This document shows, piece after piece, positions 1 to 9,764 of a stretch of DNA of 64,000 nucleotides (position 1 is its first letter; each line of letters begins with the position of its first letter). The DNA comes from Candidatus Margulisiibacteriota bacterium (lineage in GTDB: Bacteria; Margulisbacteria; WOR-1; O2-12-FULL-45-9; XYB2-FULL-48-7): assembly GCA_025453605.1 (NCBI GenBank), contig JALOPZ010000002.1, positions 292,482 through 356,481 on the forward strand. Direction: 5' to 3'. The notes under the pieces were generated by a model that was not told where the DNA came from, made no database searches, and saw only the letters and a program-made list of their open reading frames with translations. A program made the position numbers and the translations under genes.

Positions 1-548
1 TCGATCGTCCGCGGATAAGCGGTCGCGCCGGTGACGATCATTTTCGGTTTATGCTCCCTGGCCAGCGCCCGGATCTGATCAAAGTCCATCGTTTCGGTGT
101 CCTGGCGGACGCCGTAGGAGACGAACTTAAAGTAGAGACCGGAGACGTTGACCGGAGAACCGTGGGTCAGATGGCCGCCGTGGGAGAGATTCAGGCCCAT
201 CACCGTGTCACCGGGCTGGAGGCAGGCGACGTAGGCGGCGAAATTGGCCTGGGAGCCGGAGTGCGGCTGGACGTTGGCGTGGTCGGCGTTAAAAAGTTTT
301 TTGGCCCGGTCGATGGCGATCTGCTCGGAAAGATCGACGAACTCGCAGCCGCCGTAGTACCGCTTGCCGGGATAACCTTCAGCGTATTTATTGGTCAAGA
401 CCGAGCCGCAGGCTTCCATGACCGCCCGCGAGGTAAAGTTTTCCGAGGCGATCATTTCCAGGTTATTCTGCTGGCGGTCGAGCTCCCGGTCCAGGACGGC
501 GGCGATCTCGGGGTCGGTTTTCCGCACGTGGTCGATGTTAAAATGCAT
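1..548 (-). CDS. glyA: Serine hydroxymethyltransferase (5' part; runs off the window start)
   Basis: Manual - strand translation from ATG 548: [69 protein letters not shown], the SHMT N-terminal signature. AGAGAGGA RBS upstream. Confidence 0.96.
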   Translation of the reverse strand, partial: MHFNIDHVRKTDPEIAAVLDRELDRQQNNLEMIASENFTSRAVMEACGSVLTNKYAEGYPGKRYYGGCEFVDLSEQIAIDRAKKLFNADHANVQPHSGSQANFAAYVACLQPGDTVMGLNLSHGGHLTHGSPVNVSGLYFKFVSYGVRQDTETMDFDQIRALAREHKPKMIVTGATAYPRTI

Positions 549-635
549 CTTATCCTCTCTTTCCGCGGTTAGTATAACACAGCGCGCCGTTCCTTGCCAA
601 GGACGCCGCTTTCATTGTATAATCACAAAACCTTG

Positions 636-941
636 ATGACAGAAAAAAAGGTCAATCCGCAGGATCCCGATCTGGAAAAATACCGGTCGCTCCTGGGTGA
701 AGAGCCCGAGGCCTGCGAAGCGTGCGGCGGCGCCCTGGCGCTGGAAAAGGTCAACCTCGAAGATTATCAGGGCGGCAAATTGTACATGATGGAAGCGGTC
801 CCCGCTTACGTCTGCCAGGAATGCGGCGAGGTCTGGGTGCCGGAACCGCTGATGGAAGAGTTCGAAAAAATGATCGCCACCGCTAAGGCCAAGGATACGG
901 CCAACGTGCCGACCAAGAACAAGAAAGAGAGGAAAAAATAA
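636..941 (+). CDS. YgiT/MqsA-type zinc-finger protein (stand-alone)
   Basis: CEACGG...VPAYVCQECGE pattern; Lys-rich tail; stop overlaps the guaB ATG (TAATG). Confidence 0.8.
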   Translation: MTEKKVNPQDPDLEKYRSLLGEEPEACEACGGALALEKVNLEDYQGGKLYMMEAVPAYVCQECGEVWVPEPLMEEFEKMIATAKAKDTANVPTKNKKERKK

Positions 942-2101
942 TGGATATAGAATTAGGCAAGGCCAAAAAGACCCGGCGGGCATACGGGTTTGACGAGATC
1001 GCCCTTTGCCCCTCGATCATCACTATCAATCCGGAGGATACCGACATTTCGGTGACGATCGGCGGCCGTAAGTTCGAAGTGCCGATCATCGCCTCGGCGA
1101 TGGACGGCGTTGTCAACCCGCGCCTGGCGGCGGAAATGAGCCGTCTGGGCGGCCTGGGGGTGCTCAATTTACAGGGGGTCTGGTTCCGCTACGAGGATGC
1201 CGACAAGGTCCTGGCGCAGATCTCCTCGGTCCCCAAAGAAGAATATGTCCCACTCATGCAGAAGCTTTACCTGGAACCGATCAAAAAGGAGCTGGTCGCC
1301 AGGCGGATCAAAGAGATCAAAGCGGCCGGCGGGATCGCCGCCGTCTCCTCCATTCCCCAGGAGGCGCTGGAGCTCGGTCCGATCGCCCGCGACGCCGGCG
1401 CCGACATCTTTGTCGTCCAGTCGACCGTCCTCTCGACCAAGCACCGGTCCAAGACCTCGCAGGTCCTCGATCTGAAAAAGTTCTGCGCCGAGATGAAGAT
1501 CCCGGTCATGGTCGGCAACTGCGTCACCTACGAGGTCGCCCTGACGCTGATGGGGACCGGCGTCGCCGCCGTGCTGGTCGGCATCGGGCCGGGCGCCGCC
1601 TGCACCTCGCGCGGCGTCCTCGGCGTCGGCATCCCGATGGCGACGGCGATCTCCGACTGCGCCGCCGCCCGCGACTCCTATTTCAAAGAGAATAAGATCT
1701 ACGTCCCGATCATCGCCGACGGCGGGATGGTCGTCGGCGGCGACATCTGCAAAGCGATCGCCTGTGGGGCCGACGCGGTGATGATCGGCTCGCCGATCGC
1801 CAAGGCAAGCGAAGCCCCCGGCAAAGGTTTCCACTGGGGGATGGCGACACCCTCCCCGACCCTGCCGCGCGGCTCGCGCATCAAGGTCGGCACGATCGGT
1901 TCGCTCAAGGAGATCATTCACGGCCCGGCCCGCTTTGACGACGGCTCGATGAACTTTGTCGGCGCCCTCCGGACGTCGATGGGGACGCTCGGCGCCGCGA
2001 CGATCCAGGAGATGCAGCAGGTTGAAGTGGTGATTGCCCCGTCGATCCTGACCGAAGGAAAGGTGTACCAGAAGGCGCAGTCCCTGGGTATGTATAAGTA
2101 A
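941..2101 (+). CDS. guaB: GuaB3-family IMP dehydrogenase (no CBS domains)
   Basis: [36 protein letters not shown] (catalytic Cys loop), IIADGG, WGMATP. Confidence 0.93.
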   Translation: MDIELGKAKKTRRAYGFDEIALCPSIITINPEDTDISVTIGGRKFEVPIIASAMDGVVNPRLAAEMSRLGGLGVLNLQGVWFRYEDADKVLAQISSVPKEEYVPLMQKLYLEPIKKELVARRIKEIKAAGGIAAVSSIPQEALELGPIARDAGADIFVVQSTVLSTKHRSKTSQVLDLKKFCAEMKIPVMVGNCVTYEVALTLMGTGVAAVLVGIGPGAACTSRGVLGVGIPMATAISDCAAARDSYFKENKIYVPIIADGGMVVGGDICKAIACGADAVMIGSPIAKASEAPGKGFHWGMATPSPTLPRGSRIKVGTIGSLKEIIHGPARFDDGSMNFVGALRTSMGTLGAATIQEMQQVEVVIAPSILTEGKVYQKAQSLGMYK

Positions 2102-3654
2102 TGGCCAAGCACGACCTGATCGTCGTCCTCGATTTCGGCGCACAGTATTCGATGCTGATCGCCCGGCGGGTCAGGGAGTGCAATGTCTACTGCGAAGTTT
2201 ACCCCCACGATATCCCCGTTGAAGAGCTGAAGAAGCGGAACGTCAAAGGGGTGATCGTCTCCGGCGGCCCCGCCTCCGTCTATGAGCAAGACGCGCCCAA
2301 GGCCGACCCAAAACTCTGGACCTCCGGTATTCCGGTCCTCGGCATCTGCTACGGGATGCAGTTGCTGGCCAAAGAGCTCGGCGGCGAGGTCAAGCCGGGG
2401 AACAAGCGGGAATACGGCAAGGCCGACCTCTTAATTGACGATCAATCGAACATCTTTGCCGGGCTCGACAGCCAGCTGCAATGCTGGATGAGCCATGGCG
2501 ACACGGTCGTCGGTCTTCCGGCCGGCTTTAAGCAGCTGGCCCACACCGATAACACCAAATATGCCGCGGCCGGCGATCCGGCCAAAAAGATCTACGGCGT
2601 CCAGTTCCACCCCGAGGTTGTCCATACGCCCAAAGGGATCGAGATCATCAAGAACTTCGCCTATATCATCTGCGGCTGCCAGCCGACCTGGACCACCGCC
2701 AACTTTATCGAAGAGCAGGTCAGGGAGATCAGGGCAAAGGTCGGGAAAGACAAAGTGCTCCTTGCCCTTTCCGGCGGGGTCGATTCGACCACCGTAGCCG
2801 CGCTGATCCACAAGGCGATCGGCGACCAGCTTGTCTGCATGTTCATCGACCAGGGTTTTATGCGCAAGAACGAAGCGAAAAAGATCGACGACCTCTTCGT
2901 CAACCGTTTCAAGGTCAATTTTCTCAATATTAACGCGGCAGCGCTCTTCTTTGAGAAACTAAAAGGGGTGGTCGACCCGGAGCAGAAGCGGAAGATCATC
3001 GGCGAGAATTTTATCCGGACGTTCGAGGTCGAAGCGAAAAAGCTGGGCCAGATCCCCTGGTTGGCCCAGGGGACCCTCTACCCCGACGTGATCGAGAGCG
3101 CGGTGCCGGGGACGACGACCGGCAAGGTCGCCAAAAAGATCAAGACCCACCACAATGTCGGCGGTTTGCCGGAAAAGATGGGCTTTAAGCTGATCGAACC
3201 GCTCCGGTTGTTGTTCAAAGACGAGGTGCGCGTCCTGGGACGGGATCTCGGCATCCCGGACGACATCGTCAACCGCCAGCCCTTCCCCGGACCGGGTCTG
3301 GCGATCCGGATCATCGGCGAAGTGACGGAAGAAAGGGTTAAAATTCTCCAGCAAGTCGATGACATCGTCGTCTCCGAGATCAAGGATGCCGGCTATTACC
3401 GGAAGGTCTGGCAGTCGTTCGCCGTCCTCCTGCCGATCCGGACGGTCGGCGTGATGGGTGATAAGCGGACTTACCTGAACACGATCGCGATCCGGGCGGT
3501 CACTTCGCTCGACGCGATGACAGCCGACTGGGCGCGCCTGCCATATGAATTATTGGAAAAGATCAGCAACCGGATAGTTAATGAAACCCCCGAGGTCAAC
3601 CGCGTCGTCTACGACATCTCCAGCAAGCCCCCCTCCACGATCGAGTGGGAATAA
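2101..3654 (+). CDS. guaA: GMP synthase (glutamine-hydrolysing)
   Basis: [45 protein letters not shown]. Confidence 0.98.
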   Translation: MAKHDLIVVLDFGAQYSMLIARRVRECNVYCEVYPHDIPVEELKKRNVKGVIVSGGPASVYEQDAPKADPKLWTSGIPVLGICYGMQLLAKELGGEVKPGNKREYGKADLLIDDQSNIFAGLDSQLQCWMSHGDTVVGLPAGFKQLAHTDNTKYAAAGDPAKKIYGVQFHPEVVHTPKGIEIIKNFAYIICGCQPTWTTANFIEEQVREIRAKVGKDKVLLALSGGVDSTTVAALIHKAIGDQLVCMFIDQGFMRKNEAKKIDDLFVNRFKVNFLNINAAALFFEKLKGVVDPEQKRKIIGENFIRTFEVEAKKLGQIPWLAQGTLYPDVIESAVPGTTTGKVAKKIKTHHNVGGLPEKMGFKLIEPLRLLFKDEVRVLGRDLGIPDDIVNRQPFPGPGLAIRIIGEVTEERVKILQQVDDIVVSEIKDAGYYRKVWQSFAVLLPIRTVGVMGDKRTYLNTIAIRAVTSLDAMTADWARLPYELLEKISNRIVNETPEVNRVVYDISSKPPSTIEWE

Positions 3655-3658
3655 GCGC

Positions 3659-4897
3659 CTACTTGATCTGAGCGACGGTAAAAGAGGTATTTACTTCGCC
3701 CAGCGATTCGCGGCTGGCATTGTAAGCCCGAAGGATGACCGGAATAGTGACCTTATTGCCGCACGGTTTTCCGAGGCAACCTTTGTGACCGGACCAGACG
3801 TTGCCGGTGAATTTATAACTCCCCGGCCCGGTCCAGGCATTTTCCCCCTGTGCGTGTTCCCGGTCGGTTCGGAAGAAAAGCTTGATCGACGAAGTGCTGG
3901 CGGGTGCTACCTTGAGCTGGAAATTGACCGAGACCGGGATATCTCCGGACGAATGGTTGCCCCGGTTGACGCCGGTTAAACTCGCAGTTAACTTGCCGCT
4001 CGGGGCCGCCGACGGCGGCGTTGTCGGCGCGACCGGAGCAACCACCTGTTCACTCTGACCGCATTTGTCCAGGGTCGTATATTTTACCCAGTCGATCTTG
4101 GCCTGGGTACCGTTCTCCTTATAAACGCTGCCCAGCCAGCCGGTTACCTCTTCCGTGCCGGTCCAGAGGTTCAGCATGATCTTGCCTGGTTTGGATGGAA
4201 TATCATTGGTGTAGGTCTTGACCGCCTGGCCGTCGACAAAATAAGTGAGCTTGTTCGGTTCCCAGCGATAACCGTAATTATGATATGACTGGGTTGGATC
4301 GAACGGGAGCTGGTATTGATGGTCCTGCTCCGGACGATCGTAATGCTTGCCGTTAGTGTGGTAGGCGAACTGGACCAGTCCTTTCTTCTTGCCGAGGAAT
4401 TCAATGTCAACTTCATGGTGCCCCTCTTTGCCGAAAGTCCCGGTATAATTGAAAAGCGAACCAGCCATTACGCCCGTACCCTGGCCAGGGATCATTCGAG
4501 CTTCATAACAGCCGTAACCATAGCGATCGTCTAATGTTCGGTATTCTCCGGAAGCATAAGGATACTGGCCGCTGTTCTTGTTCAGCTCAATGATCATTAT
4601 CCCGTTGCGAAAAGTGATGTTGTCCGCCTGCCAGGTGCTGGAAAAAACGCCTTTGTTCGGCCAGTTGGCGATTTCCCAATTGGCCTGATCGTGTCCATTC
4701 ATGTTCTGGATCAGCAAAGCCGGTCCGGTTATTAGTGCTTTCTGGTCAGTTTTTGACGGTTCAGCTGGTGCCGGCGGGGACGATGGAATTAGGGAAGCGG
4801 CAGGCTGATCGGTTTCGTCTGCCTTATGGACAGAGCTTTTTCCTTTGCAACTAAGAGCGGTAATGGCTAGTAAGCCTAAAAAGAGCGGTCCGATCAT
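3659..4897 (-). CDS. Lipoprotein with GH16 (licheninase/beta-glucanase-like) domain and unassigned C-terminal module
   Basis: Lipobox ALS-C; Pro-rich linkers; SGEYRT, YGYGCYEARM, catalytic HEVDIEFLGK (ExDxE), PGKIMLNLW, IDWVKY. Confidence 0.88.
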   Translation of the reverse strand: MIGPLFLGLLAITALSCKGKSSVHKADETDQPAASLIPSSPPAPAEPSKTDQKALITGPALLIQNMNGHDQANWEIANWPNKGVFSSTWQADNITFRNGIMIIELNKNSGQYPYASGEYRTLDDRYGYGCYEARMIPGQGTGVMAGSLFNYTGTFGKEGHHEVDIEFLGKKKGLVQFAYHTNGKHYDRPEQDHQYQLPFDPTQSYHNYGYRWEPNKLTYFVDGQAVKTYTNDIPSKPGKIMLNLWTGTEEVTGWLGSVYKENGTQAKIDWVKYTTLDKCGQSEQVVAPVAPTTPPSAAPSGKLTASLTGVNRGNHSSGDIPVSVNFQLKVAPASTSSIKLFFRTDREHAQGENAWTGPGSYKFTGNVWSGHKGCLGKPCGNKVTIPVILRAYNASRESLGEVNTSFTVAQIK

Positions 4898-4936
4898 ATC
4901 TTGCTTTCTCCTGTTCTGGTCATTCCTTACATTATT

Positions 4937-4964
4937 TAATCGATATTTAAGCAGTAAAATTTCA
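4937..4964 (-). promoter_or_regulatory. Putative sigma28-like promoter of the GH16 gene
   Basis: - strand TGAAATTTT-N11-ATCGATTA, i.e. GAAA-N15-ATCGATTA; same spacing as the motifs at 17098 and 47785. Confidence 0.5.
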
Positions 4965-5103
4965 CTATGTTACACTTTGGGGAGTAAATTCTGGCTATGT
5001 GGCAACGAGAATAGAATACCTAACGCGTGAATAATAGTCGAATTGCGTAGCCAATACGGTCAAGAACGTCTAGCATAAGATCAAGAGCTGGGGATAAACC
5101 TTA

Positions 5104-6093
5104 CTACTTAATTCTGCTTCTGGCCTTCTGATGCCCGGCCCAATCAATGGAAAAGGTGTGGCTGCCGTCCTTGTTGGCGACAAAAAAGTAATAATTCGTT
5201 TTGGCCGGATAAACCGCCGCTTTGATCGAATCAAGCCCCGGATTGCAGATCGGCCCCGGCGGGAGCCCTTTCCGTTTATATGTATTGTAAGGGGAATTGA
5301 CCGACAACTGGTCGTAAAAGACCCGCTTGCTCGGCCGCTCCAGCGCGTATTTGACGGTCGGATCGGCGGCGAGCGGCATCCCCTTGGCCAAACGGTTATG
5401 GAAGACCGAAGAGATGAGCGGCCGCTCGGCCGGCTTTTGCGCTTCCTTTTCGATGATCGAGGCGAGGGTTAAAACTTCGTGCAGGGTCATCTTGGTATCT
5501 TGCTTCGCCCGCCGCCAGAACGGCAGCACGACCTGATCGAACCGATCGACCATCACCAGCGCCATCGTCTCGGCCGGAGTGTTGAGGTAGAACTGATAGG
5601 TATCGGGGAATAAGTAACCCTCCAGCGATTCGGAGGGGACAAATTTAAAGATATGCCAGTATTTTTCCCGTAATTTGGCGGTGATCCCCTCCTGGACCAG
5701 CCCCTGGAACGGCCGCCAGCTTTTAAATCCTCCCTTTTGCAGCAAGAGCCCCATTTTGTAGATCGACGTCCCCTCCGGCAAGGTGATCGCCTGAACGGGG
5801 AGCGGGACCGTTTCGTTGATCACCAGGCGGGTGATGAGGCGCGGCAGCGGATCGGAGGGGGAAAAATCATATTCACCGGCCTTGAGCCGAGCGGACAATT
5901 TGCAGAACCTGACGAACAACCGGAAGGCGGTGTATCGCGGCAGGATCCCTTGCTGCCGGAGTGTCCGCTCGATCGCCCGGACCGAACTGCCGGCGGGAAT
6001 GATGACCCGGCGGACAGAAAGATCGAACGGGTTAGCCGGCCAGATCATGATGATAAAGAGGATGACCAGCAGCCAGACCGGCTTATCCTTCAT
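5104..6093 (-). CDS. mltG: Endolytic transglycosylase MltG
   Basis: LKAGEY, LEGYLFPDTY, LASIIEKE, LAADPTVKY, SPYNTY, GLPPGPICNPG. Confidence 0.95.
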   Translation of the reverse strand: MKDKPVWLLVILFIIMIWPANPFDLSVRRVIIPAGSSVRAIERTLRQQGILPRYTAFRLFVRFCKLSARLKAGEYDFSPSDPLPRLITRLVINETVPLPVQAITLPEGTSIYKMGLLLQKGGFKSWRPFQGLVQEGITAKLREKYWHIFKFVPSESLEGYLFPDTYQFYLNTPAETMALVMVDRFDQVVLPFWRRAKQDTKMTLHEVLTLASIIEKEAQKPAERPLISSVFHNRLAKGMPLAADPTVKYALERPSKRVFYDQLSVNSPYNTYKRKGLPPGPICNPGLDSIKAAVYPAKTNYYFFVANKDGSHTFSIDWAGHQKARSRIK

Positions 6094-6497
6094 TTCTTTC
6101 TCCGGTCAAGATAGTCTTGCAGAATATGGGCGGCGGCTGAGCGGTCGATGACCTGTCGCCGTTTCTGCCGGGAGAGGCCCGCTTCGATCAGCGTCCGTTC
6201 GGCCGCGGCGGTGGTCAGGCGCTCGTCGTAGGTGGTCACCGGCACGGTCAAAGTCTGCTGCAATTGAGCGACAAAGGCCTGAACCTTGTCCGCGGCCGGA
6301 CCAAGTTCGCCGGACAATCGTTTGGGCAGACCGACGACGATCTCGTCGATCCGGTCGTATTTGGCGAGCAGGGCCTGAAGTTGGGGAATCGCCTGGTCGG
6401 TATCGAGCGTGGCCACCGGTTGGGCGATCAGACCGAGCGGGTCGGAAACGGCGACGCCGATCCGTTTGCTCCCGTAATCGAGCGCCACGATCCTCAT
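6090..6497 (-). CDS. ruvX: YqgF/RuvX RNase H-like nuclease
   Basis: ALDYGSKRIGVAVSDPLG, VVGLP, DERLTT, IDRSAAAHILQ. Confidence 0.95.
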   Translation of the reverse strand: MRIVALDYGSKRIGVAVSDPLGLIAQPVATLDTDQAIPQLQALLAKYDRIDEIVVGLPKRLSGELGPAADKVQAFVAQLQQTLTVPVTTYDERLTTAAAERTLIEAGLSRQKRRQVIDRSAAAHILQDYLDRRKK

Positions 6498-9166
6498 GAG
6501 AGAGCTTGTTTAATGGCGGTCAGCCCCGCTTCGATCTTGGCCGGATCGCCTCCCCCGCCCTCAGCCTTGGTCTCTTTCCCCCCGCCCCGGCCGCCGGTCA
6601 CGGCGTTGAAGGTTTCCGCCAGCTTTTTGGCCGTTAGCCCCGCTTGCGCCAGCTGGTCGGTCACGGTGATCAGATAGATCGGTCGCGCCCCGGTGGAAAC
6701 CAGAATGATCGCCGTCGCTTTCCCCCATCCCCTGACCTTATCGGCCACGGCCCGGAGCTGATCCATGGAGTAGCCGGAGAGGGTTCGCAGGTAAATCACC
6801 TCATCGGTCTCGGTTATCGCCGCGGTGGCCTGCTTGGTCTTGAGCTCGGCGATCGTCCGCTCCGCCTTGGCGATCCGCTCCTGCAGCCAGTCGACCCGGC
6901 CGCGCAGGTGTTCAAGGAACTTGTCGACGTTGACCGAATCGTGGTTGTCTACGCATTTACCGAGCCGCTCCAGCTCAGTGAACTCGATCTCAAAGATGTT
7001 GCTGCCGAGCGATTTTTGGCCGCTCAACTCTTCCTGTTCCCGTTCCAGAGCCCGATAGCGGCTGAGCTGGGCCTCGACCTGGTCGCGGAGCGACTTGGCC
7101 TGGAAAATGATGTGCACTTTGGCTGCCGGACCGGCGACCGCTTCCAGTCGGCGGACGCCGGAGCCGAGCGCGCTCTCCGACATGATCTTGAAAAAAACAA
7201 TGTCGGCGGTGTTCTTAACGTGGGTCCCGCCGCAGAGCTCCAGGCTGTAATCGCCGATCTTCAGCACCCGGACCGTCTCCCCGTACTTTTCGCCGAAGAG
7301 CGCCATGGCGCCGAGGGCGACCGCCTCCTGATAGCTCTTTTTCAAGACCTCGACTTTTAACTTTTCCGCGATCTTCTGGTTGACCAGCCGTTCGATCTGT
7401 TCCAGTTCAGCCGCTTTAACGGCATGAAAGTGATTGAAGTCAAAACGGAGCTTATCCGGCCCGACGTAGGAACCGGCCTGTTTGACATGATCACCGAGCG
7501 TTTCCCGCAGCGCTTTGTGCAGGAGATGGGTGGCGGTGTGATGGGCCTGGATGGCAGCCCGCTTGGCCGCATCGATCGTCGCTTTTAATTTCTGATCCTT
7601 CTTCAGGCCGTCGATATTTTCCAATTCGTGCAGGACGACCCCTTTGGGGGAAACCAGGGTGTTGACCACTCTGACCTCGTGTTTATCCCAGGCCAGCAGG
7701 CCGGTATCGCCGACTTGCCCGCCGCTTTCGCCGTAGAAAGGGGTCTTATCGAGCACGACCAGTTTTTGTGCGGGAAAGAGCGCCTGGACCTTCCCTTCGT
7801 CGGTCGTTTTTTCGTAACCGGAAAAATTGGTTTGATTAAGCTGAGCCAGATCGAGGGCGGCCAGATCGGCTTTCTTGTCGCTGATCCCGGTCTGCCGGGC
7901 CCGCTCGCGCTGGGCCGCCATCTCCCGTTCAAAGCCGGCCAGATCGACCGGGATATTCTGTTCTTTGGCCAGCTCGACGGTCAATTCGATCGGGAACCCG
8001 TAAGTGTCGTGCAATTTAAAAGCGGCGCCGCCATCGATCGTCCGGCGAGCGGCGAGTTCAGTGAACCATTTCAGGCCCGCCTCCAGGGTGGCCAGGAAAG
8101 CGTCTTCTTCTTCCCTGATCGTCTGCCGGATGACCGCGGCCTTGGTCTTGAGATCGGGATAAACGTCGCCGAGGCCGGCGATCACGCCGTCGGCCAGTCC
8201 CTGCAGGAACGGCTTATCGATCCCCAGCTTCCGGCCGTGCGAGACTGCCCGTCGGATCAGGCGGCGGAGAACGTAGCCGCGGCCGCCGTTGCTCGGATAA
8301 ACGCCGTCGGCGATCAGTTGGGTGATCGCCCGGCTGTGGTCGGCGATGATCCGGACCGAGGCGGGACCGCTGTTCTTGGCCAGGGTCTCGACCTGCTTGA
8401 TCAGCGGGCGGAAGAGATCGGTCTCAAAATTATCGGCCACTCCCTGCAGGACCGAGGCGATCCGCTCCAGCCCCATGCCGGTGTCGATCCCCTTCTGCTT
8501 GAGCGGCAGCAGTTCCCCCTGCTCGTTCCGGTTGTACTGGATAAAGACCAGGTTCCAGATCTCCAGCCAGCGGTCGCAGTCGCAGCCGGGGGCGCAGTCG
8601 GGCTTACCGCAGCCGCGCTCCGAACCGGTGTCGTAATAGATCTCCGAACAGGGGCCGCACGGGCCGGTCGGGCCGGCCGACCAGAAATTGTTATCTTCGC
8701 CGAGCCGGAAGATGATCTCTTTGGGGAGACCGATATCCTGGTGCCAGAGGTCAAAGGCTTCATCGTCTTTTTCAAAAACGGCGATGCGCAGCCGGGGGAT
8801 CGGCACTTTCAGCTCCTTGGTCAGCAGTTCCCAGGCGAACTGGATCGCTTCTTTTTTAAAATAGTCGCCGAAGGAGAAATTCCCGAGCATTTCGAAAAAG
8901 GTGTGGTGCCGCGGCGTCTGGCCGACCCGCTCCACGTCGATCATCCGGATGCATTTCTGCGCGGTCGTGACCCGCTTGAAGCGCGGTTTTTCCTGGCCGA
9001 GGAAGATCGGCTTGAACGGGAGCATACCGGCCAGGGTCAGCAGGACGGTCGGGTCGGACGGGACCAGCGAGGCGCTGGGGAGCCGCTGGTGGCCTTTGGC
9101 CTCGAAGAACTTAAGAAAGCGTTCTCTTATCTCGCCCGCCGAGAGGCGGGTTTCAGCGCTTTGCAT
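6494..9166 (-). CDS. alaS: Alanine--tRNA ligase
   Basis: AGMLPFK, HHTFFEMLGNFSFGDYFK, GPCGPCSEI, DTGMGLER, HTATHLLH, ELCGGTH. Confidence 0.98.
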   Translation of the reverse strand: MQSAETRLSAGEIRERFLKFFEAKGHQRLPSASLVPSDPTVLLTLAGMLPFKPIFLGQEKPRFKRVTTAQKCIRMIDVERVGQTPRHHTFFEMLGNFSFGDYFKKEAIQFAWELLTKELKVPIPRLRIAVFEKDDEAFDLWHQDIGLPKEIIFRLGEDNNFWSAGPTGPCGPCSEIYYDTGSERGCGKPDCAPGCDCDRWLEIWNLVFIQYNRNEQGELLPLKQKGIDTGMGLERIASVLQGVADNFETDLFRPLIKQVETLAKNSGPASVRIIADHSRAITQLIADGVYPSNGGRGYVLRRLIRRAVSHGRKLGIDKPFLQGLADGVIAGLGDVYPDLKTKAAVIRQTIREEEDAFLATLEAGLKWFTELAARRTIDGGAAFKLHDTYGFPIELTVELAKEQNIPVDLAGFEREMAAQRERARQTGISDKKADLAALDLAQLNQTNFSGYEKTTDEGKVQALFPAQKLVVLDKTPFYGESGGQVGDTGLLAWDKHEVRVVNTLVSPKGVVLHELENIDGLKKDQKLKATIDAAKRAAIQAHHTATHLLHKALRETLGDHVKQAGSYVGPDKLRFDFNHFHAVKAAELEQIERLVNQKIAEKLKVEVLKKSYQEAVALGAMALFGEKYGETVRVLKIGDYSLELCGGTHVKNTADIVFFKIMSESALGSGVRRLEAVAGPAAKVHIIFQAKSLRDQVEAQLSRYRALEREQEELSGQKSLGSNIFEIEFTELERLGKCVDNHDSVNVDKFLEHLRGRVDWLQERIAKAERTIAELKTKQATAAITETDEVIYLRTLSGYSMDQLRAVADKVRGWGKATAIILVSTGARPIYLITVTDQLAQAGLTAKKLAETFNAVTGGRGGGKETKAEGGGGDPAKIEAGLTAIKQALS
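9135..9150. repeat. Short GC-rich hairpin CCCGCC-GAGA-GGCGGG inside the alaS 5' end
   Basis: Perfect 6-bp stem with a 4-nt loop; lies in an apparent 7-aa insertion (TRLSAGE) between MQSAE and IRERFL. Confidence 0.6.
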
Positions 9167-9761
9167 CGACGATCTCCCTGATCAGGCTCTGGACCTGGTC
9201 GATATCTTTGTCGTCGGTCTCGATGACCTTGACCCGCTCCGGCTCGGCGGCGGCGATCGCCAGGTAGCGGGCGCGCACGCGCCGGTGAAAATCGACGACC
9301 TCCTGCTCAAAACGGTCGGCCTGGCGGTTGCGGGTCGCCCGTTTCAGGCCGATCTCCGGCGAGACGTCGAGGAGAATGGTCAGGTCGGGGAGCGTCCCCT
9401 TGGAGGAGACCATGTTGAGATAGCGGACCAGGTCTTCCGGCAGGCGGCGGCCGCCGATCTGGTAGGCGATCGTCGAATCGATAAAACGGTCGGAGATGAC
9501 CGTCTTCCCCTCTTTTAAGGCCGGCAGGATGATCTTGCTGACGTGTTCGGAGCGATCGGCGGCAAAAAGGTAGATCTCGGTCGTGTCGTCAAGCACGCTG
9601 GTCCGGTCCAGGAGCAGATCACGCAGCGCTTTACCGACCTGCGTGCCGCCCGGTTCGCGGGTCAGCAGGACGCGCTCCCCCTTCCCTTCAAGATAGCTCT
9701 TGAGGCGGGTCGAGTGGGTCGATTTGCCGCAACCTTCGGGCCCTTCAAAAGTGATGAACAT
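9153..9761 (-). CDS. tmk: Thymidylate kinase
   Basis: FITFEGPEGCGKST, TREPGGT, DRFIDSTIAYQ, DRFEQE. Confidence 0.97.
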   Translation of the reverse strand: MFITFEGPEGCGKSTHSTRLKSYLEGKGERVLLTREPGGTQVGKALRDLLLDRTSVLDDTTEIYLFAADRSEHVSKIILPALKEGKTVISDRFIDSTIAYQIGGRRLPEDLVRYLNMVSSKGTLPDLTILLDVSPEIGLKRATRNRQADRFEQEVVDFHRRVRARYLAIAAAEPERVKVIETDDKDIDQVQSLIREIVDAKR

Positions 9762-9764
9762 GGT

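Noticed and set aside
549-635. Riboswitch (ZTP, glycine or purine) between glyA and the gua operon
   Set aside because: The gap is under 90 nt and is occupied by divergent -10 boxes and an RBS; no aptamer consensus is visible.
4966-5103. AT-rich spacer between mltG and the GH16 promoter as an sRNA or pseudogene
   Set aside because: No convincing ORF, hairpin or homology is recognisable by eye.
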